Shown here: positions 31,524-41,813 of the stretch, piece after piece
How positions within the stretch are numbered: the first letter of the stretch is position 1
How the letters are laid out: each line of letters starts with the position of its first letter
IMG/VR virus record: IMGVR_UViG_3300044712_002668
Span: 186,001 to 250,000 of that record
Strand: one strand, 5' to 3'
Length of the DNA: 64,000 nucleotides
Program-made: the position numbers and the translations under genes
Notes under the pieces: model-generated
The model's input: only the letters and a program-made list of their open reading frames with translations
Databases searched by the model: none
What the model was told of the DNA's origin: nothing

Positions 31524-32142
31524 CTTTATTCTTCCCTTCCAGGTACTCGCTCAGAATGGCTACCAATAATTGATTATCATTCAAGTTTTGACCAAAATCC
31601 TTACGAGCCTGTTTAATAGCTTTCTTGAATATCCTCTCTTCAGAAATCTGAATCTTCACAAAGCTTTTCTTTATTGCCTTCTTGTGCGGCTTCAAGAATG
31701 ACTTGAAAGCTTCACTTGAAACCTTCTTGGCAAGCTTCATGTATTCTTTGAAATTGCCGCTATCAATGATTGGCGTTAATGCAATCATTTTATGAATATC
31801 CAGCATATGTTTCTCTGGATCAAACAAATCCACAAGTTCTACACAGAACTTGGAATAGACATCTGCATATTTCTTGGCCTTGCTGTACAAAAGCAAAAGC
31901 TCGTTTTCAATATAATCCTTCCATGATTCGTATCCGTAGAATTCGTATAGCGGAATCTTGTCATTACCATAATTTACATATGAAATCTTTGAAAAAAACA
32001 GGAACTTACAGAACTCAAGATCTTGAGATCCTTTTGTAAGAATAATATTCTTTATTCTTGTCTTGAATTCTTTAGCAGAATTTTGGGATAACGCTTCTTC
32101 AACAGGATTGATGGTTAGATCGCCAATCTTGATCGTATGCAT
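31507..32142 (-). CDS. hypothetical protein
   Basis: 211-aa ORF. Confidence 0.6.
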   Translation of the reverse strand: MHTIKIGDLTINPVEEALSQNSAKEFKTRIKNIILTKGSQDLEFCKFLFFSKISYVNYGNDKIPLYEFYGYESWKDYIENELLLLYSKAKKYADVYSKFCVELVDLFDPEKHMLDIHKMIALTPIIDSGNFKEYMKLAKKVSSEAFKSFLKPHKKAIKKSFVKIQISEERIFKKAIKQARKDFGQNLNDNQLLVAILSEYLEGKNKDVFAA

Positions 32143-32160
32143 TTCTCTGTCTTTCTTCTT

Positions 32161-32349
32161 CTATTTGGAGGCGTAGAGGTCTTTTCCCCAACCGCCTCCT
32201 TGTAACGCAAAACCTGTTCCGCCAGATACCAAGCGCTTGGCTGTCTCTTCCTTGCACTCAGGGCAGATCTCTACCGCCTTTTCTGTTATCTTCTGCTCTA
32301 ATTCCCATTCATGTTTGCATTTTGTGCATAAATATTCGTATGTTGGCAT
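32161..32349 (-). CDS. FmdB-family zinc-ribbon protein
   Basis: MPTYEYLCTKCKHEWE...CPEC...KRLVS..GFALQGGGW. Confidence 0.88.
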   Translation of the reverse strand: MPTYEYLCTKCKHEWELEQKITEKAVEICPECKEETAKRLVSGGTGFALQGGGWGKDLYASK

Positions 32350-32373
32350 ATTATCCTTCTGCGTATCCTCCAA

Positions 32374-32402
32374 ACCATATATCCACTCTTACTGCCTGTC
32401 AA
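32374..32402 (-). promoter_or_regulatory. sigma70-like promoter
   Basis: TTGACA-N17-TATGGT upstream of the FmdB-like gene. Confidence 0.6.
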
Positions 32403-32432
32403 CTGATTTTTTAGATTACAGCACAACTGTAA

Positions 32433-33791
32433 TTATAGTTTTGCAGCAGCCAATTCGGCCAACGGGGAACGTTCGCATTTTGATAAAGTAATATGTCCAA
32501 CCATTTCTTCATCTTTCATCTTCTCTATAGCTAAAGAAAAACCGTTTGTTTTCTTATCAAGATAGTGAGCATCGATTTGTTCTGGGTCACCGGTCAATAC
32601 TATTTTTGTTTTCTCACCACATCTTGTAATCAAAGTTTTAATCTCATGTAATGTAGTATTCTGCATTTCATCGGCTATGATGAATTGACATGGTAAGCTT
32701 CTTCCACGAATGTATGTCAATGGTTCAACTTTGATTTTCTCTTGTTCGAATAGTTGTCCATAATCCATTCCTGTTTTTTTCTTTCCACCCAACATCATAA
32801 TCAATTCAAGGTTGTCATAGATGGGCTGCATCCAGGGATCCATCTTCTCTCCCATATCTCCAGGTAGGAATCCTAAATCCTTTCCCATTGGCATAACCGG
32901 ACGGCTTACAATCATCTTCGTATAACCACCCTCTATAAATGTTTTATAGAACCCAGCACAAATGGCAAGTAAACTTTTACCACCACCAGCCGATCCAGAT
33001 AGGGTTACCATTTTAACATCGTCATCCAATAATAAATCCAATGCAAATTGTTGTTCCCTGTTCTTTGGTTTGATTCCCATCACCCCCTCTTTAGGAACTT
33101 TCAATGGACATATCTTTTTATATTTTCCAATGTACCTTCCTAAAGCTGTCCTTCCCATATCACTTCTCATCGCAATACAGGCATTAGGATATAAATCAAT
33201 ACCAGCAGGAGGAAGGATAGCTCCAGCTTTAAACATCTCATTTATATAAGAATCTTCAACCTCTAAATCTATAATGCCAGATATAAGCTGATCAGGGTCT
33301 ATTGATTGATTTTCATATGAAGCCGATTGTATTCCTAGACTGTCAGCACGAATGCGTAAGTTTACATCCATGGTGACTAGAATAGCTCTCAACTCTTGGC
33401 TCTCCTTTATATCAAGAGCTGATTGTAGGATGGCGTTGTCCATGCTGTTGTTCTCCATGCCAACACCAAGAAAACGTCTCTCACGGGGCACGTAGACCTT
33501 TAAAATACCATCCCCTACCGGTACTCCGTCTGATAAACTTCCTTCGCAACGCAACTCGTCAATCAAACGGCAGGCTTCCCGCGCTCCTCTCCCACGTATG
33601 CTCTGCTCTGATTTCAATTTATCAAGCTCTTCAAGCACATATATGGGGACATATAAATTGTTATCCTCAAATTTAAAAATAGATCTTGGATCGTGAATTA
33701 AAACATTCGTATCAAGAATATAACTTTTTTTTGTCAAAAGGACCTCTTTAGGGAGAATTTTATCTCCCTTCTTAATACCAGTATATGCCAA
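32433..33791 (-). CDS. phoH: PIN-PhoH (PhoH2/YlaK-like) protein
   Basis: PIN ILDTNVLIHD...VLEELD; PhoH GSAGGGKS, PLTYIRGRSL, DEMQN, LTGDPEQID. Confidence 0.9.
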   Translation of the reverse strand: MAYTGIKKGDKILPKEVLLTKKSYILDTNVLIHDPRSIFKFEDNNLYVPIYVLEELDKLKSEQSIRGRGAREACRLIDELRCEGSLSDGVPVGDGILKVYVPRERRFLGVGMENNSMDNAILQSALDIKESQELRAILVTMDVNLRIRADSLGIQSASYENQSIDPDQLISGIIDLEVEDSYINEMFKAGAILPPAGIDLYPNACIAMRSDMGRTALGRYIGKYKKICPLKVPKEGVMGIKPKNREQQFALDLLLDDDVKMVTLSGSAGGGKSLLAICAGFYKTFIEGGYTKMIVSRPVMPMGKDLGFLPGDMGEKMDPWMQPIYDNLELIMMLGGKKKTGMDYGQLFEQEKIKVEPLTYIRGRSLPCQFIIADEMQNTTLHEIKTLITRCGEKTKIVLTGDPEQIDAHYLDKKTNGFSLAIEKMKDEEMVGHITLSKCERSPLAELAAAKL

Positions 33792-33808
33792 TTGTTACGT
33801 ATTCTTAC

Positions 33809-34354
33809 ATGAACTTCGCCAAATTAGAAAAATTTGCTACAACCTTTTTTAAAAAAGCAACTCAGATAAAAATTACTCCCAATAAAACAGAAGTTGCTAC
33901 TGCTTTGCGTATAATCCAGGCATGGCCAGGTTCAAATAATCTGTTTATACCATATTATAATGCTAATGTGCAAAATATTATAGTAGGCCCAATCCAAGGC
34001 GCTGTTGGGTTTGTACAAGCCGTACCAGCTTTACAACCAGAACCACCAAAAGAAATACATGTTGACTCAGATAAAATACAGTCTTCAGCTGGTGGTAAAC
34101 CAACCAGACAAACCGTTCTAGCTATTGCTGAAACCATTGCCCATGAATGGGGTCATATCAAAAATCACAAATTGTTCAGCCAATCAAAAAATCCAAACCC
34201 CCAAAACGCAACAACCCCTCCCCCTCAGGATCCTACAGGTGGAATCCAAGGAGGAGAGGGTGCCGCTGATTCTGTTGCCCAACAATTCATCTCATGGATG
34301 AATGGCCCAGGACAAAATACCGTTGAGAATATCCTCAGAGGAGCTAACCTCTAA
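33809..34354 (+). CDS. putative zinc metallopeptidase
   Basis: ETIAHEWGH (HExxH). Confidence 0.55.
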   Translation: MNFAKLEKFATTFFKKATQIKITPNKTEVATALRIIQAWPGSNNLFIPYYNANVQNIIVGPIQGAVGFVQAVPALQPEPPKEIHVDSDKIQSSAGGKPTRQTVLAIAETIAHEWGHIKNHKLFSQSKNPNPQNATTPPPQDPTGGIQGGEGAADSVAQQFISWMNGPGQNTVENILRGANL

Positions 34355-36927
34355 GCTTTTGCACTTGTTGTGGTCTTGGCAACATCTACTTCCTCATGTT
34401 GCTCTTCCATAACACGTACCTTGTTTTCCAAGTCCGGTAAGCCTTGAATAATCTTCAAAGCTTCTGGTAGAATAAACTTGGTTACCTGTCCGATAATTTC
34501 ATTACCAGCCGTAGTCATCCCACCAATACGGAACTCCTCACTCAACTTTGAGACACGAGGATCATCCTTGATCATTGGCGCGTATACCAATCCATATCCA
34601 AGAAGCATCGCTATAAACGCTTCTCCCAATGGACTATCAAGTAGTTGAGATAATGCTTTAACCATTCCCTCATCTACATCATTCTTACACATGGCTACTA
34701 TGCCATTCTTTATCACCTGTGATAATTGCGTTGCCGCAACTCTGTAGGCCGCATTCTTAGCATCTTGTTGCAACATATCTAACATGGTCTTCTCTTTCTT
34801 TGGTTGAATCTTGACTTCTTCGGAACTTTCAACTATCTCACTCTTATCGCCATATATCTTTTTCCATTTGGCTACAGCATCTGGATGTATTCCATATTTT
34901 GATAAAAGCTCAACTTCTTCTTTTTTCAATTTGCCGGATTCAATCTCGGCTTGTATCGCTTTTACTTGCGTTTCTATGAATCTTTCGGTTGCCTCTACAT
35001 ATTTTGGTTTTGCCGCCATTTCCATTATACCTTTAACATCAAGCCCTAGTTTTACAAAGTCTTCTTCTTTCCACCCTTTTTTATACAGCTCATCTATACT
35101 GGTTATTTCTTTAACATCATATTCTAATAGTTTTGGTTTATTTTCTTTATAACAGAAATCTCTCAAATGACGGGCCATGTCTTTTATTTGAGCTGTACTA
35201 TGTCCTAATTTCATCATCTCTTCAAAAGATGAATGATGACCAGGGCTGTGTATATCTGCAAAATCAACCCACTGTTTACACGCATTCTCCCGTTCAATAA
35301 GATTCTTCTTCTCTATCTCTATATGCTCTTTTATCTTATCTACATCATTCTTAGCTATTTGTGCAATATATGAGGCACCCATGGCATGGGCTGTCCCAGG
35401 ATACACCCTCTTTTTCAGATTGGCAAGCTCCGTGGCCAGATCAATTTTCTCTTGGTCCACTGCCTCTTTATTAAGATTTTTATTTTCCATTATCGTTGTC
35501 AGTTCATTGACCTTGGCAATCAACTCTTCTTTTTCATATCCCAATAATTGTATCTTGTCATATTTTCGACCTATTTTATCATAAATAGTCATCAAACTAT
35601 TAATGACATCAAGATACTCTTTACTACTCTTAAGTATCCTTTTACAAATATTTTCATAAGTCAATACCAGAATCTTTGTTACCAAATCATCTGATTCTAA
35701 ACTCATTCCCCCATTATTATAGATATCAAATAATATCTTGGCTAATTTATTTTTCTCTGTAAGCTTTATTTTATCTTTAATATCAGAAGCGTTATGCCCA
35801 CGAGCAAAAGCCCTTATTGCGTCATTGTTCATCAATAAGGGATCGTTGGATGTCATCGCTAGTTGACATGCCAATAATACCCTGTTTACATAATCTTTAT
35901 TTGACTCAAGCCAAGCTAACTTATAGTTCAATACATATAAAAAACTTCTTTTATCTTTTTCGGAAAATGAACTATATCCAAACTTTTCAAGATCCAAATC
36001 CGTCTTGAATAGCTTGACCATACACTCCAATAGACGAATAGGATATGCCGTCTTCATCAACTCTGGAGTGACTATCTCTTCCCCTATAATTCGTATATTA
36101 CCGTAATCATCCTTGAATAATATTCTTTCATTACCATCAGATATGATTACCCCAAAATTTTTATCAATATATTTTTCTTCTTTAAACGTTGGATATGGAG
36201 GTAAACGGGCATAGTACCGTTTAGACCACTCCGCTGCTGTCTCCAATATCTCAATTGGAATATCATTGAAATCTGGGTTTAAATCAATTTCCTTGGTATT
36301 CTTTGCATTAATGATATATTGTTCCCGTAAAGATTTTATCTTCTGTTCAAGTTCCAATTCTAAACGTGATACCATCTTTATCAGTTGAGGTTTTGAAAAA
36401 CTACTAACTGATGGTAACATTTTACCATAACTTAAATTATCATATTTTTTCCTCAATTCAGGTTCTGATAAACTCATATTTATATCAGTAAACTTCTTAT
36501 CATCCAATGTAAGATTCATCAACCTTTCAACATTGGTATCAATCTCATCTTTACTTAATTGAAGAAATTTGGTATGTGTATAGATCAGGTCATCTATACC
36601 CATTTCCAATAATTGCCTCTTGAACTTTTCTCCCCTGTCCCCGAATAGATTATAAATATCTGATTTTGCTTTATCAAATATCTTCCTATTCTCTTTTATC
36701 GTTTCTATTGGATTATATTTCTTTGATGCTAAGTCAAAAGAGGCAAACTTTACACCCAAATAGCCTTCTGCTTTCTTGATCTCCCCAAGAAGCTCATTGT
36801 TTATTTTATCTAATTCATTTATTGTATATGTTTTTCCACCAAGGGTGTAATGTGCATAGTCACTAGGAACCTTTACAAAATCAGATTTTTCATTCAAAAC
36901 AGCCTTTACAAAATCTGAGGAACTCAT
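34351..36927 (-). CDS. large coiled-coil hypothetical protein
   Basis: 858-aa ORF, Glu/Lys-rich, with a hydrophobic segment near the C-terminus. Confidence 0.7.
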   Translation of the reverse strand: MSSSDFVKAVLNEKSDFVKVPSDYAHYTLGGKTYTINELDKINNELLGEIKKAEGYLGVKFASFDLASKKYNPIETIKENRKIFDKAKSDIYNLFGDRGEKFKRQLLEMGIDDLIYTHTKFLQLSKDEIDTNVERLMNLTLDDKKFTDINMSLSEPELRKKYDNLSYGKMLPSVSSFSKPQLIKMVSRLELELEQKIKSLREQYIINAKNTKEIDLNPDFNDIPIEILETAAEWSKRYYARLPPYPTFKEEKYIDKNFGVIISDGNERILFKDDYGNIRIIGEEIVTPELMKTAYPIRLLECMVKLFKTDLDLEKFGYSSFSEKDKRSFLYVLNYKLAWLESNKDYVNRVLLACQLAMTSNDPLLMNNDAIRAFARGHNASDIKDKIKLTEKNKLAKILFDIYNNGGMSLESDDLVTKILVLTYENICKRILKSSKEYLDVINSLMTIYDKIGRKYDKIQLLGYEKEELIAKVNELTTIMENKNLNKEAVDQEKIDLATELANLKKRVYPGTAHAMGASYIAQIAKNDVDKIKEHIEIEKKNLIERENACKQWVDFADIHSPGHHSSFEEMMKLGHSTAQIKDMARHLRDFCYKENKPKLLEYDVKEITSIDELYKKGWKEEDFVKLGLDVKGIMEMAAKPKYVEATERFIETQVKAIQAEIESGKLKKEEVELLSKYGIHPDAVAKWKKIYGDKSEIVESSEEVKIQPKKEKTMLDMLQQDAKNAAYRVAATQLSQVIKNGIVAMCKNDVDEGMVKALSQLLDSPLGEAFIAMLLGYGLVYAPMIKDDPRVSKLSEEFRIGGMTTAGNEIIGQVTKFILPEALKIIQGLPDLENKVRVMEEQHEEVDVAKTTTSAKA

Positions 36928-36931
36928 TTCA

Positions 36932-37477
36932 TCATTCTTCCACGTATGGGATCAAGGCTATGTACTTTGGCTCAACCTCTTCTACCAACCATACACCATT
37001 GTCACTACAATAAAACTTCTTCCCAGCCTTATACATCTTCCCGGCATCTACAGATAATAACATCGGCTTCCCATGTCTTTTTCCAACCTCCCAGGCTACA
37101 CTCTTGTCCTTACTCAAATGTACATGATGCCTGTCCCCCTTGATTATACCCTTCTCAAATATGGATTTTACATTCCTTGTAGCCGTTCCATGATACAATT
37201 CCTCCGGCGGCTCTGTCTCCTTATACCCCAAATCTACATCTATACTATGCCCCTGTACCGCCCTTATCTTCTTTCCATCTTCACTGAAACTAAATCTCTT
37301 TTTGTTGTTGTTCTCTACTATTTCTTTCAATTCATCCAAACTAATACTTTTCCCTACACTCTTCAAACCTTTCAATAAATCAGATACACTTACCCACCCA
37401 CCAGCATCCAATACTATCCCGGCTTTTGATGGTTCATGCCTCAATACCAAACTTAAAAAACGGCTCAAATTTTTCAT
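36932..37477 (-). CDS. kptA: RNA 2'-phosphotransferase (Tpt1/KptA)
   Basis: SRFLSLVLRH, KKRF, IRAVQGHS, LYHGT, RHHVHLS and NGVWL motifs. Confidence 0.95.
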   Translation of the reverse strand: MKNLSRFLSLVLRHEPSKAGIVLDAGGWVSVSDLLKGLKSVGKSISLDELKEIVENNNKKRFSFSEDGKKIRAVQGHSIDVDLGYKETEPPEELYHGTATRNVKSIFEKGIIKGDRHHVHLSKDKSVAWEVGKRHGKPMLLSVDAGKMYKAGKKFYCSDNGVWLVEEVEPKYIALIPYVEE

Positions 37478-37782
37478 CCAAAAATCATCCTGTATATAAT
37501 GTAAAGGATTCCAACTTGCAAAAACCATTGCATTCTTAAAAAAATCCCCCTAATCCATAACCTCCTATAACATCGTAATAATAAATTAATTCTCAATCCC
37601 TCAAGCTCATCCAATGTCAATTCTTGATTGAGCTGTTTATAGTTTATCATTACCGCAAAGATAAATTTATCTATCTTGCCCTTCATCTCTATCCAGGCAA
37701 AATATGGAGAAAATATCACTATCGGATGTGCCCCCAAAACCAATTCTATCTTCTCCTCTAAATACTTCTCTACATCATCCAT
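37474..37782 (-). CDS. hypothetical protein
   Basis: ORF coupled to its neighbours. Confidence 0.45.
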   Translation of the reverse strand: MDDVEKYLEEKIELVLGAHPIVIFSPYFAWIEMKGKIDKFIFAVMINYKQLNQELTLDELEGLRINLLLRCYRRLWIRGIFLRMQWFLQVGILYIIYRMIFG

Positions 37783-39067
37783 AAAATTCTTTTATCTTGT
37801 CATTGTCCTGCTTCAATACCCAGTTTATAACCTTATTCGTATTGATCCCTCCCGTTATCTTTTCCTTGATCTGCTTGCGATTACACTCAGGTACACTCTT
37901 GTCTTTATACAATTGAATCAAATCGTCAATCTCAAGTATCTGTATAGCATTCTTTACATACGAACTCTCTTTGTTCTTTATCTCACCAAATGCTACATTC
38001 TTATCCTTCTCCATCTTCATCTTCATCGCTATCGTCTTACTTACCATCTTATCTATCTGATCTATACTCATCAATTTCAAACACTCCTCCTTCCTCAATA
38101 AAGTCCTGAGATGTACTATTGCATTGTTATAATCCATCTCATTACTGTATTTTTTATACTTTTCTTGCCATTCTTTATTGTTGTTATTATGATTGTCAGG
38201 ATATTGCGGCGGCTTCATCTTCTTCGATGTTACCTCCAATATCTTATCCAATAATCCTTCATGAGATTTCAATATGTTCGCTAATACAGTAGCTGTATTT
38301 ATATTGATGAAACCAAGTATCGTTGATTTCATATCCGAAATATCAATTGAGTAGATAGGACATACTTTCTTGATGTATTTCTTTACATCTTCACTCTGCC
38401 CACCCAACCAATCCAATGCCTCCTTCAATGGATACTTGCCCAATAATATCTGAAGCAATTTAGGCTCTTCATAGTCAGATAATACCGCACTCAATCCCTC
38501 ACGGTATTTTTGATTCTCCCTAAGAAAATCTGCAATATTAAGCTGCAAATCACTTACTGACCATATGTCCAATCTTAATGTGTATATGTTTTTCTGAATA
38601 CACCATTTCTTAGCACCATCAATCAATACATAAAAAATGCTCCCATCCATCATGTATTGCTCAAAATAATGCCCGCTCTTCTGCGTGATACACCACCGGC
38701 TCCCACGACCGTAAACCCCCATCGCCTCCCGGCTGTCTATCCGGATTATCTTATATTCCTTACTCCAAATCTCTACACTCCCATCCTCACTCGCTTCCCC
38801 CTTCTTCTCCCTACGACTCTCCCCTATCCTCTTTATCTCCTCCTCCAATTCCTTCAGTTCCCATACGTATATGTCCTTCTTCTCCAACTTGTCCTTGTTT
38901 CTGTGGAACCATTCCACACTCCCCATTATGTCCCCTCTCATATACCCTAAATCCAAATTCTTCGCTATCCAATATATATACTTCTTTCCCCATTCCTTCA
39001 AACTCATCTCTAGCGCTATTTCTACATAACTCGGATAATCAACTCTCGCTTGCTTCATCGTTGTCAT
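37775..39067 (-). CDS. hypothetical phage protein (paralog of 10049..11284)
   Basis: KYIYWIAK, KKDIY, YGRGSRWCIT. Confidence 0.65.
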   Translation of the reverse strand: MTTMKQARVDYPSYVEIALEMSLKEWGKKYIYWIAKNLDLGYMRGDIMGSVEWFHRNKDKLEKKDIYVWELKELEEEIKRIGESRREKKGEASEDGSVEIWSKEYKIIRIDSREAMGVYGRGSRWCITQKSGHYFEQYMMDGSIFYVLIDGAKKWCIQKNIYTLRLDIWSVSDLQLNIADFLRENQKYREGLSAVLSDYEEPKLLQILLGKYPLKEALDWLGGQSEDVKKYIKKVCPIYSIDISDMKSTILGFININTATVLANILKSHEGLLDKILEVTSKKMKPPQYPDNHNNNNKEWQEKYKKYSNEMDYNNAIVHLRTLLRKEECLKLMSIDQIDKMVSKTIAMKMKMEKDKNVAFGEIKNKESSYVKNAIQILEIDDLIQLYKDKSVPECNRKQIKEKITGGINTNKVINWVLKQDNDKIKEFYG

Positions 39068-39429
39068 TTTTTTATTTCTCCATCTTTTATCAAAAGATCA
39101 ATTTATCTTTTCGTAAAAGATCAAATATGCGGGCTATTCCGCTCTACCACGCAACCCCCACAAGGTCAACCATGAATCTTATCTACCTTCTTCTAGTTCT
39201 AATGCTTCTTCTTTCCTGTAAAGTCTGGATCCCTCCAACCGATCCAAAACATAATCATAAAAATAACATCGAAAAACATCCCCCAACAAACATCCCATAA
39301 AAAAATATAACCCCTATACCCAATAAAATTATCTTTATCGCTTCTTCTTCCATCTCTCAATTCCAAAAAAAAAATTGGCGGCCCTCTTGAACCGCCAATC
39401 TCCACCAAACCCTCGACCTCTCAATCAAC

Positions 39430-39786
39430 TCAGAACTTTCTCATCTTGCTCTCTATGATCGCTGCACTTCTCAATAAGTCATCTACATATGCATTCCCAT
39501 CAGATGCATCCCCTACATCCAACTCCACCTTCTCCTCTGGCTTCACTTCTTTATTGTATTTAGATGATATCATATCGTATATCTTTCCAACTACATCTTC
39601 ACATATTGCTTTTCTTACCTTAGGACTTATTGCCTTGAACTTATCCACTTTCCTTCCAAGCTTCTCTTCATGCTTGATATCAGATTCCCTCTTCTCTTCA
39701 AGTAAATCTACCACCTTTCCACAAAAATTCTCAGCTAATTCATTAAGGTTTATACTTTTCATATTCCTATGTTTCATTATCCCCAT
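39430..39786 (-). CDS. hypothetical protein
   Basis: 118-aa ORF on the G/A-rich strand. Confidence 0.55.
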   Translation of the reverse strand: MGIMKHRNMKSINLNELAENFCGKVVDLLEEKRESDIKHEEKLGRKVDKFKAISPKVRKAICEDVVGKIYDMISSKYNKEVKPEEKVELDVGDASDGNAYVDDLLRSAAIIESKMRKF

Positions 39787-39810
39787 AAACGCATAAATTC
39801 ATATTACTAC

Positions 39811-40611
39811 ATGCTAAAGAAATCTCTCCTATTTGCCGAAATTTTCAAAGAAGCTGCCGCCCTCCCAGCTCAAATCCATCATGCCAAAATCATCCTCGGC
39901 TTGAACCCACTTCAACAATATTCTATCCAAGAACTGTCTGCCAAATTCCGCGAACTCGCTAAATCCCTACACCCTGATACCAATCCCCAGAATCAACAAG
40001 AACTTACCTCCCTCTTTCAAAAAGTATCCGAAGCCTATCACCTACTCCTTCAACACCCGGAAAACCCTAAACCAAAAATCCAACCAGAACCCGATGAACC
40101 CCTCGATCCCAATGTCCAGGCTATCCTCGATCTCCCCCTCCATAAGTTCCAAACTATATTCAATGCTATCATCAATCAAGCTAAAAAAAATAAACTAAAT
40201 AATCTCATCTCCCCCTCCGATCACCCCATCCCTATTCTCAGAAATATTCTAAATTCCTTAAATAAAAACTCCAACGCTTTTATCCATGCTACCAAAATAA
40301 GACAGGTAACCGATAATACCCCCTACCTCGCTCTCCTGTTCCATGCCGTAAACTCTATCCCGCCTTCCCTGAATCCTCAATCCATTTCCCATCCCTCCTA
40401 TATCTCACTCCCTCCTTCCTTCGTTCCATATGATTCCCCAGATGGTATCTTTATCCTCTTTCCTACACCTACAGATTTCTCTCCCTCCGATCCCCTCCCT
40501 CATAAACCTTCCTTCATCCCTAATCAATTCCTTCTCTCCTATAACCCTCCTGGCTCTATCCTACCCGTTATCGTTAATAAACAATTTGCCCAAAATATCA
40601 ACCTTATCTGA
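39811..40611 (+). CDS. J-domain (DnaJ-like) protein
   Basis: ILGL...KFRELAKSLHPD...FQKVSEAYHLL. Confidence 0.8.
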   Translation: MLKKSLLFAEIFKEAAALPAQIHHAKIILGLNPLQQYSIQELSAKFRELAKSLHPDTNPQNQQELTSLFQKVSEAYHLLLQHPENPKPKIQPEPDEPLDPNVQAILDLPLHKFQTIFNAIINQAKKNKLNNLISPSDHPIPILRNILNSLNKNSNAFIHATKIRQVTDNTPYLALLFHAVNSIPPSLNPQSISHPSYISLPPSFVPYDSPDGIFILFPTPTDFSPSDPLPHKPSFIPNQFLLSYNPPGSILPVIVNKQFAQNINLI

Positions 40612-40859
40612 CCTATCTGTATGTTATTATTCGGTTTTTGATTGGTATTACCACTAAAAACTTGAACTGAATAATAACATAGTTATTTTATAGGGGCAAA
40701 CAACGATTGTTTTAAATATCATTTTTTCGTACCCACTTTAAAACACTTTTTGGGAAATTCTCCCACAATCCAAAAATAAAACTCTTAAAAAATAAACATA
40801 TCAAAAGTAAACAAGTATATAATGGATAGTAGATATAAATACTATCCGTTTTCATTATA

Positions 40860-41050
40860 ACACATAAGGTATATAAGCAGAGGTTATAAGTAAACGGTTA
40901 GGTATATAAGGTAAGGTATAGGTAAGGTTAAGTGGTATATAAGTTTTGTGCTATGTAAGGTATATAAGTTATTTTAGGTGGTATATAAGTTTTGTGCCAT
41001 GTATATTTTAGGTGGTATAAGTTTTATGGTATATAAGTTTTGTGCCATAA
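40860..41050. repeat. iterated GGTATATAAG / TATAAGTTTTGTGCCAT repeats (candidate origin)
   Basis: six GGTATATAAG copies and three TGGTATATAAGTTTTGTGC copies at the skew inversion. Confidence 0.65.
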
Positions 41051-41264
41051 ACCCCTTTTGTGGGGCGCCCGCCGTCCTAGACACAATCCGCCCACCGCGC
41101 GTAACTCGCAATCCTCCGCCCTAACCCTGGGGGTAGCCACCGGGAATCCCCCTCGCGTTGGCTGGCCAGAAAAGCGTCCTGCATGGTGCGGCACCTTTAA
41201 TGGCTAGCTAATGATACCCGTGGTTAACATGAATAATGTTTCGAGGGGGAATACGAGGTACACC

Positions 41265-41813
41265 ATGGCCGGTTCCAACGCTTCCAAGTCTTCCAAGCCC
41301 GTCAACCCCGCTACCACCACCGAGGAGGTTACCATGAATGACGTTCCCCCCGCTCCCCCTGCTCCCCCTGCTGAGATCGACGATGAGCTGCCCGAGGGCG
41401 ATGGCCCTGCCGGGGATGGCTCCTTCAGCGCCACGGATCGTAAGTCCCTCCAGTATTGGGGGGCTCAGGTTCTGCACGCCAGGAACTATGGGCCGATCTT
41501 CCCCACCTGCAGGAGGATCGCTGAGGTGGCCTTCGCCGCCTCGGAGGAGGAGGCGGCGGACCGGGCTGGCCCCCGGTCCTACACCAACAAGAAGGGTGAG
41601 AAGGTTCAGGTCAGGTCGATCACGCCGACTGAAGTGAAGGCGGTTGAGTGGCTCCGCCGTAACGGCCCGAAGCACCTGGCCTCGGCCCGCATCCAGTACG
41701 CCGAGTGGATGGAGCAGGATGGTCAGAAGAAGCTGGACAAGGCGAAGAAGATCGCCAATGCCGCTGGGTCTGGCTCTGCTCCGGCGTTCGCTCCGTCCCC
41801 CCGTCGCCGCTAA
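41265..41813 (+). CDS. GC-rich hypothetical protein
   Basis: GAGG RBS; strong G/C third-position bias. Confidence 0.7.
   Translation: MAGSNASKSSKPVNPATTTEEVTMNDVPPAPPAPPAEIDDELPEGDGPAGDGSFSATDRKSLQYWGAQVLHARNYGPIFPTCRRIAEVAFAASEEEAADRAGPRSYTNKKGEKVQVRSITPTEVKAVEWLRRNGPKHLASARIQYAEWMEQDGQKKLDKAKKIANAAGSGSAPAFAPSPRRR

Noticed and set aside
40860-41050. CRISPR array
   Set aside because: Repeats are 10-19 nt, irregularly spaced and separated by related low-complexity sequence rather than unique spacers; no cas genes are present.
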